DNA of 64,000 nt from an uncultured delta proteobacterium (GTDB lineage: Bacteria > Myxococcota_A > Polyangia > Fen-1088), in assembly GCA_963796685.1 (NCBI GenBank), contig CAWCMR010000025.1, positions 1,696,001 through 1,760,000 on the forward strand. The letters are read 5' to 3'. A model generated the notes under the pieces. It made no database searches, was not told the DNA's origin, and saw nothing but the letters and a program-made list of their open reading frames with translations. Positions 57,923 to 64,000 of this stretch are shown here, piece after piece. Made by a program: the position numbers and the translations under genes. How positions within the stretch are numbered: the stretch's first letter is position 1; each line of letters begins with the position of its first letter.

Positions 57923-60082
57923 CTACCAGCCAGTTACGTTTACAGCGGTCGACGAATCGGCGGAGGCCGAATTGCCAAGCTCACCATCGGAACCGAAGCC
58001 CCAGCACTTGACCGAGCCGTTGTTGATGAGGGCGCAGGCCTGGAGGTAGTTTGTAGACACAAACGTGGCACCGGCCACATTGAGGACCGAAACTGGCGCT
58101 GAGACGCCTTCACTCGCGATCACACCGTCGCCGAGCGCGCCATTCCGTTGCACGCCCCAGCAGGAAACTGTTCCGGTCGTGAGCAAAGCGCAAGTGTGAG
58201 CATAGCCCGCCGAGACTTGGGTCGCACCGCTGGCAAGCCCCTGCACGGGAACCGCCGAGGTCGCATGGTCCCCCACTGCCGTGGAGGCATTCCCCAATTG
58301 CCCGTACAGATTCCAGCCCCAACAATAGACCGAGCCGCCAGTGATGATGGCGCAAGTGTGGAAATCCCCCACTGAAAGACCCTGAGCGTTGATTGGACCG
58401 CTAAGGCCACTCACGCCGGTGGGAGTGGTGATGATTCCATTCCCTGTAATGGGCTGCCCCGCCTGGCCGTCTCCGTTTCCGCCCCAGCAGTAGACGCTCC
58501 CGGAGACAATTGCACAGTTGGTAATGCCGGCGGAAATTGCACTCGGGCTGCTAAGTCCTGTCATCTGCACTGGAGTAGCGGATAGATTTGCTGTCGCTCC
58601 CGAGCCGAGTTGTCCATAGATATTGTCGCCCCAGCAGTAGAGCGCGCTGCTCGCTCCCACGAGAGCGCAAGACGTGTTGGCCCCTGATGCGATCGCGGTG
58701 ACGGCGCTTTGCAGGCCAGACACAGCCACAGGTGTCGCCGAGAAATTGCTGCTCGGAATCGTGCCATTCCCTAGTTGCCCGCGGTCCGCTTGCCCCCAGC
58801 ACCAAACCGCGCCGCTTGTGAGGAGCGCGCAGACGTGTCCGGCACCGGCGCTAATGACCTTCGCGCTGCCGAGGCCGGTCAGCTTGATTGGCACGTTGCT
58901 GGTGGGGATGACAGAGCTGGATGTTGGCCCGGCCGGTCCAAGGGCGCCAAAATCGTTCCGGCCCCAACATTCTACCGAGCCATCAGAGATGAGCGCGCAT
59001 GCGAACGTGCCACCGACAGTTACCTGCGTCGCGGCTAAGTGGCATTTGCTTTCTTGGCAGAAATAGCCTGTCACACAGTCGCCATCTGCGGCACAACTGG
59101 CCTTGCACGCGGTACCGAGGCAGGCGAATCCCCCGGTGCACGCCGTTGCCGCGGGTGTGACGCAGGATCCGCCTGAGCAGACGGCCTGGCCGATCGAGCT
59201 ACTCCCTGAGCAGGTTGGTCCTGTACCACAGTTCTTCGTCGGATACGAACAGGTCCCATCCGCCTTGCCTTCACACGTCCCGCCGCAGGTGGCATCGGTG
59301 CCGCAGGATGCTCGGTTCCCATGTGGATTTCCGGAAGCAACGGGCGTGCACGTGCCGAGGTAACCAGCAATGTCACAGGCTTGGCACGAGCCCGTGCAGG
59401 CCGTATCACAGCAATACCCGTCGGGCGAGCAGGTAGTGCCGCTTGCGCAGCCGGCGGTTACGGTCTGGCAAGTCTGGCCCCTCTTGCTCTTGCATCCTCC
59501 CGTGGCGTCGCACGTGCCAGCGCAGCGGCCATTGGGGTCGTCTTGGCTGACCACCGCACTACACGTATGGCTGGTGTCGCAAAACTGGCAAGCGCCAGGA
59601 CAGTCGGCGTTCACGCAGCAGGCAGAAGGTGCAACGCAGATGCTCCCGCTGCTACCAGTGCAGGCCTTCTGTCCCGTCGGGCATGTTCCGCCAACGTCTG
59701 GGGCATCGCCTGAGATCTCGGATGGAGCGTCTGGGGGCGGGACGACTACCGGGACATCTGACTGCGGGAGATCCGTCGGCGCGTCCGGGGTGGACGTATC
59801 CGCGGCCAGTAAGTCAGGGCCGGCCTCCTGCGGTGTCCTCGAATCCGCGGGCGAGGCGTCGATGACGCCGCCCATTTCAACGGCGGCTACGTCAAGAGTC
59901 GCGTCGACGGCCAGCCCCGCAGCGCCGTCACCCGCGTCGAGGCTCGAAATACCAGGTCTGTCACTTGAGCCGCCCTCTCCACCAGACACCGACCCATCAA
60001 CCTGGAGGCTCTTGCGGTCCAGGCAACCTGGTGCAGCCAGAAGTACGAGCACAATTGGCAAGAGAGGATTTCTGAGCATCAT
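57923..60082 (-). CDS. Cys-rich lipoprotein with C-terminal RCC1 beta-propeller
   Basis: Lipobox APGC, Cys-rich stalk, repeated HTCA..GSVYCWG.N.YGQLG RCC1 units. Confidence 0.88.
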   Translation of the reverse strand: MMLRNPLLPIVLVLLAAPGCLDRKSLQVDGSVSGGEGGSSDRPGISSLDAGDGAAGLAVDATLDVAAVEMGGVIDASPADSRTPQEAGPDLLAADTSTPDAPTDLPQSDVPVVVPPPDAPSEISGDAPDVGGTCPTGQKACTGSSGSICVAPSACCVNADCPGACQFCDTSHTCSAVVSQDDPNGRCAGTCDATGGCKSKRGQTCQTVTAGCASGTTCSPDGYCCDTACTGSCQACDIAGYLGTCTPVASGNPHGNRASCGTDATCGGTCEGKADGTCSYPTKNCGTGPTCSGSSSIGQAVCSGGSCVTPAATACTGGFACLGTACKASCAADGDCVTGYFCQESKCHLAATQVTVGGTFACALISDGSVECWGRNDFGALGPAGPTSSSVIPTSNVPIKLTGLGSAKVISAGAGHVCALLTSGAVWCWGQADRGQLGNGTIPSSNFSATPVAVSGLQSAVTAIASGANTSCALVGASSALYCWGDNIYGQLGSGATANLSATPVQMTGLSSPSAISAGITNCAIVSGSVYCWGGNGDGQAGQPITGNGIITTPTGVSGLSGPINAQGLSVGDFHTCAIITGGSVYCWGWNLYGQLGNASTAVGDHATSAVPVQGLASGATQVSAGYAHTCALLTTGTVSCWGVQRNGALGDGVIASEGVSAPVSVLNVAGATFVSTNYLQACALINNGSVKCWGFGSDGELGNSASADSSTAVNVTGW

Positions 60083-60442
60083 GCGGGTTTCCTTCACCTT
60101 GAGCAGGCTAGGCAGATTTTGGACGGATGATCCAAGCAGCGACGCCGATGCTGATGCATTTCAGTCTTCTCGGCAAGCCTCAGTCAAGGTTGTTGGCTCG
60201 GCGTTGTTGGCTCGGCGCGCAGTCATCGTCCAGAAACGCCTTGGGGGCAAGTCCGTCGTCGTCCGGCCAGCACCACTTCCGGCTCGGCAGCAAAAGCATC
60301 CTCTTGGGGATGACGATCGCCAAACAGGCGCGGTCGGGTAAGTAGGTCCTTGCTGCCAGGAGCGATCCAAACACATTTCGCGCTCCGGGGCACCGGTGGT
60401 ACCCTGTCAGGCAAAACTTGGACCGATTCGGAAAGGTCGAGC

Positions 60443-61282
60443 ATGCGTTCATGGATGGTGTCTACGTTGCTCTTCGCCAGCTTGGTGGCGGAGCAGTCCG
60501 CTTTTGCCAAGGCTCAATCGAAGGAGCGCCTAGCCAAGAAGGCCTGCCTTTCCGGCGACTACCTCAAGGGCGTAGGCATTTTGGCGGACCTGTTCGTGGA
60601 AACCAACGACCCGACGTTTCTCTACAACCAGGGCCGTTGCTACGAGCAAAACGTTCGCTATGTGGAGGCGGCCGAGCGGTTCAGGGAATACCTGCGCAAG
60701 GCACCCAATCTCAACAGCAAGGACAAGGCCGAGGTCGATAAGCACATCGCGGATTGCGAAGCTGCGGCGGAGAAGGGCCAGTCTCGCAGCCCGACGTTGC
60801 CGGAACCGGCAGCCCAGTCCGCGGCGACCTACCAGCCTCCCCCGGCTGCCGTCTCGACTGGCTCGTATGCCGCATCGCCGACGCCTGCGCCTCAGGCAGC
60901 GATCTTGACCAGTGCGCCACAGCCCGCAGGCGCCGACCTCGAGCACCCGTGGCAACACACGGCCAAGTGGATCGCCGCTGGCGCTGCCGTGGCCTTCCTT
61001 GGCTTCGGCGTCATCGAGCACGTCACCTACTACGGCAAGAACAGCGACTACAACAAGAAGGACTGCACCACCGACCCCAGCGGTTGCAAGAGCCTGGCGA
61101 GCTCGGCCGACACGGCGCAGACCCTGGCCTTCGTGGGCTACGGCGCTGCGGCTCTCGCCACAGGGGCGGCTGTCACGTTCTGGTTGACCGATTCACCCAA
61201 GGCGAAGTTGCCCGAGCAGGCGGGGATCGGATTCTCCTGCGTGCCGGCGCTCGCCGGAGTCTCGTGCCACGGACGCTTTTAG
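60443..61282 (+). CDS. Secreted TPR protein, paralog of 7305-8132
   Basis: AKKACLSGDYLKGVGILADLF..FLYNQGRCYEQN; two hydrophobic segments; ends GVSCHGRF. Confidence 0.78.
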   Translation: MRSWMVSTLLFASLVAEQSAFAKAQSKERLAKKACLSGDYLKGVGILADLFVETNDPTFLYNQGRCYEQNVRYVEAAERFREYLRKAPNLNSKDKAEVDKHIADCEAAAEKGQSRSPTLPEPAAQSAATYQPPPAAVSTGSYAASPTPAPQAAILTSAPQPAGADLEHPWQHTAKWIAAGAAVAFLGFGVIEHVTYYGKNSDYNKKDCTTDPSGCKSLASSADTAQTLAFVGYGAAALATGAAVTFWLTDSPKAKLPEQAGIGFSCVPALAGVSCHGRF

Positions 61283-61410
61283 ACTGATGAAGACCGTCAG
61301 ACCGTCTTCAGACCGGGGCAGGCAATCAGCTCCCGATCCACTGACTATAGTCATAGTTCCTGTCGTGCTCGCGGGCCCGCCCTTTGCTACCCAAGATAGC
61401 GATTGGAGCG

Positions 61411-61992
61411 TTACTTCGCCGCTGCTGGCTCGACGTCGGCCCATAGCAGACCGAGCTCGAGCTCGATGGCATCGAAGGGCTCGGCCCGCACGTGCTCGTC
61501 GTCGGAATACGTGGCCAGGAGGGACCAGTGCGCGTCGACCAGACGATAGGCTTCCAGAGTTCGTTCCACCGGATCGACCAGCCAGGCATTGCGCACGCCC
61601 TCGTGCCCGTAGATGGGCATCTTCTTCTTGCGATCGAAGCGCGCCGAACCGGGCGACAGAACCTCGCAAATCCAGTCCGGGGCCAGGGTCAGGAAGGGCG
61701 CGTCCGGCAAGAGTGCCATGCGCTCTCGCCGCCAGCCCGCGAGATCGGGCACCACGACATTGCCTGCGAGATGCAGCTCGGGTTCGTCGACGATAATCCA
61801 GCCGCCGGGGCCGCCGCGTCCTCGCTTGAAGGGTGGCCCAAGCTCCTCGCCCAAGGTGCTGGCGGCAGCTCCATGAGAAGAGGCCGGCCTTGGCGAGAGG
61901 ACCAGATCGCCATCTACGATCTCCGCCACCATGTGCGGGGGCGTGGCAAGCACGTCATCGTAGGTGGCAACCTTTCTCGCTCCGTCGGCCAT
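61411..61992 (-). CDS. Uma2-family endonuclease (PD-(D/E)xK)
   Basis: ATYDD, AEIVDG..SPRP..H, VVPDLAGW, APDWICEVLSP, DRKKKM.IY..GV..WLVDP. Confidence 0.92.
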   Translation of the reverse strand: MADGARKVATYDDVLATPPHMVAEIVDGDLVLSPRPASSHGAAASTLGEELGPPFKRGRGGPGGWIIVDEPELHLAGNVVVPDLAGWRRERMALLPDAPFLTLAPDWICEVLSPGSARFDRKKKMPIYGHEGVRNAWLVDPVERTLEAYRLVDAHWSLLATYSDDEHVRAEPFDAIELELGLLWADVEPAAAK

Positions 61993-62094
61993 ACAGGAAG
62001 TATACGCACCAGGCCTGGCTTGGCCCAGGGTGAACGCCAGCCGAACACATTTCATGCTTCTCGGGGTTCGGCATCATCGAAGACGGCAACAGGC

Positions 62095-63255
62095 TCAGGC
62101 CGCCGCGATGGTCGACAATAGGTCCGCCAAAGACAGAACCTCCACGCCACTGGCCAAGCGCCGCCGAGGGCCCGCCGGAATGACGATTGCCATATGCGCA
62201 TTGTTGGGTAGGTAGGTCTTGGCAGCCAGCAGCGGCGTCGCATCCTGATCTGTCACCCTTTCCGTGGCCTTGGCCTCGATGGCCCAAAGCGTATGGTGGA
62301 AGCGGGCGATGAAATCGACCTCGAGACCACCGCGGGTGCGAAAGGTATGGAGCGCCAGATCCCTATCGTGGGCCGCGGCGGTGGCCCAGAGTTGGCTTGC
62401 CACCAGGTGCTCGAATAAGTTGCCCATGCGATCCGCGGAAGCCGTGAAGGAGCCGAGCAATCCGTTGAGCACGCCAGGATCGAAGAAATAGTAGCGCGGG
62501 TGCTTGACCATGTCGGCAGCCCTGGCTTCCGAAAACGGCGCCAGCCGATGCACAAGCAGCGTGTCCTCCAACGCCTCGAAATAGCGGACCGTGCCCGTCC
62601 TGGATAGCCGCGCTCGTTGGGATAGTTTGGAGAAGTCCAAAAATTGGCCTGAGCATGCCGCAGCCACGTGGAGAAAACGTGAGAATCCCTCGAGATTGCG
62701 CGATAGCGCTTCAGCCTGGATCTCTTCCCGCAGATAGGTCCCGGCGTAGCTGGCAAGAAGCTTTTCCGCCGTGGATCGGTCGGGCTCGAGATAGGGCTCG
62801 GGCAGGGTGCCGATCTCCAGCGCCTTGCGCACATCGAAATCGGGCCCAATTTCCGTGCTCGTCAACGGACCCAGTCGGTAACAAAGGACCCGGCCGGGCA
62901 AGAGGTTGGCCTGCCCTCGTCGCAGCTTGCGAGCGCTGGATCCCGTAAGGAAGAATTTCAGCGGCTTCTTTACCCGCTTGGCATCGTCGATCAAAGCCTG
63001 GACGGTGTTGAGCAGACTTGGCAAGCGCTGCACTTCGTCGATAAGGACCGTGCCCGGCGCCTGAGCCCGAATCCGTTCCTCCAGCTCGCCGGCATTGGCA
63101 GCAAAGGCAAGGAGCTCGGTCTCGCGCGCCAGATTGACCACCATCTCGGGCCGCAGGTCCAAGACAAGCGTGGATTTGCCGGTTTGCCGTGGGCCAAGCA
63201 GGAGGACGCTCTTTGGGGAGCGCGCCAGTACCCGCCCGAGCAATCTGTCTATCAT
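62095..63255 (-). CDS. AAA_14 + DUF4143 ATP-binding protein (intact)
   Basis: GPRQTGKST, LIDEVQR, LTGSSARKL, NLLPGR, TYLREEI, YFFDPG, EVDF..AIEAK. Confidence 0.9.
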   Translation of the reverse strand: MIDRLLGRVLARSPKSVLLLGPRQTGKSTLVLDLRPEMVVNLARETELLAFAANAGELEERIRAQAPGTVLIDEVQRLPSLLNTVQALIDDAKRVKKPLKFFLTGSSARKLRRGQANLLPGRVLCYRLGPLTSTEIGPDFDVRKALEIGTLPEPYLEPDRSTAEKLLASYAGTYLREEIQAEALSRNLEGFSRFLHVAAACSGQFLDFSKLSQRARLSRTGTVRYFEALEDTLLVHRLAPFSEARAADMVKHPRYYFFDPGVLNGLLGSFTASADRMGNLFEHLVASQLWATAAAHDRDLALHTFRTRGGLEVDFIARFHHTLWAIEAKATERVTDQDATPLLAAKTYLPNNAHMAIVIPAGPRRRLASGVEVLSLADLLSTIAAA

Positions 63256-63312
63256 CCGGTCATTATTACATGCAAAATGCTACCAGTGAAGTCGAATCGG
63301 GTGCGCTGGCGC

Positions 63313-64000
63313 CTACTTGACGTTGGCGCAGAACTGCTTCATCTGCAGGCCGTCGCCGCCTTGCCAGACCTCGAAGCCGGCGAAGACGATGCTCAGGTAC
63401 TGGCTGCTGGTGACGCCCCAATTGCTCTGGATTGCGTCCTGGATGAAGTCGTTGAGGTCGAATTCCAAGGAGGCGATCTTGCTGCTGCTCACGTAGGAAA
63501 CGCACGGCATGTTGTTGGTGCTGGGGTCGTACCAGACGTCCCAGCCGCCCTTGACCCCGGAGACCACGCTGCCGTTGGCCACGACGGTTCCGCGCGGCTG
63601 CTTATCGGTCGGCTTGAACAGCCAGACCATGAGGTAGGCTCCGCCGGCACCGGGGCTCGAGCCGCTGACCACGTTGCTGTTGGCGGTGAACCACACGTCG
63701 TAGGTGGCGTTGTACCCGGCCGCGCCCATGGTGTCGACGTTGGTCGAGAAGATGGTCGGGACGCTGGTGAGGCTGGAGACGGCCTTGGGCAGGTTGCTGC
63801 CAGTCGTCCTCTTGCTGCCGTAGGTGCCGATGAAAATCGATGGGAAGCCCAGCGGGTTGCTGGGATTGCTCGTGGCGACGCTGTTGTTGGGATTGGCGAT
63901 GGTGAAGCCCAAGTCTTGCACGGCCTCGGACTGATTGTTGTAGGGGCTGCCCCACCAATTGGCCTGCATGTAGTAGGACTTGCTAGAGTTGTTACTGGCC
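63313..64000 (-). CDS. GH12-like glycoside hydrolase domain (5' end outside the window)
   Basis: GFPSIFIG, LPKAVSSLTSVPT, YNATYDVWF, YLMVWL, FDLNDFI, YLSIVFAGFEVWQGG. Confidence 0.82.
   Translation of the reverse strand, partial: ASNNSSKSYYMQANWWGSPYNNQSEAVQDLGFTIANPNNSVATSNPSNPLGFPSIFIGTYGSKRTTGSNLPKAVSSLTSVPTIFSTNVDTMGAAGYNATYDVWFTANSNVVSGSSPGAGGAYLMVWLFKPTDKQPRGTVVANGSVVSGVKGGWDVWYDPSTNNMPCVSYVSSSKIASLEFDLNDFIQDAIQSNWGVTSSQYLSIVFAGFEVWQGGDGLQMKQFCANVK

Noticed and set aside
63256-63312. Palindrome upstream of the third DUF4143 gene
   Set aside because: AT-rich, but the arms do not pair.

Overview
GC-rich bacterial DNA, probably from Myxococcota/Polyangia (inferred from the Gly-rich-linker lipoproteins, Cys-rich repeat proteins and DUF2169/DUF4150 cassette). 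From left to right the window holds: (1) housekeeping genes (TPR end, ilvE, UDP-glucuronate decarboxylase), then a broken toxin-antitoxin locus (orphan HigA with an in-frame VapC remnant). (2) A GT-C glycosyltransferase whose start is interrupted by a ~250-bp MITE. (3) A TPR protein plus Cys-rich lipoprotein pair, with a paralogous pair at 58-61 kb. (4) A ~21.7-kb, 10-gene, tightly coupled type 2 BREX/Pgl operon (pglW-pglX-pglY-pglZ-brxD-brxHI) with four extra genes: a methyltransferase-like leader, a Schlafen/AlbA_2 gene and an AAA_21 + DUF4276 pair. (5) An IS66 remnant and an atypical Hsp70. (6) An orphan T6SS-type cassette lacking VgrG (DUF6484-like, DUF2169, thiolase-like, PAAR-like DUF4150, VasX-like toxin, candidate immunity). 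(7) Three AAA_14-DUF4143 genes, two of them behind long palindromes. (8) A beta-glucan utilisation locus of lipoprotein enzymes (GH5, GH3, CBM-GH8, CBM-only) built around a beta-barrel porin, plus a GH12-like gene with an altered nucleophile. I saw no rRNA, tRNA, CRISPR array or integrase. Several 1-2 nt frameshifts could be real or assembly errors. All calls come from reading motifs; no database searches were run.
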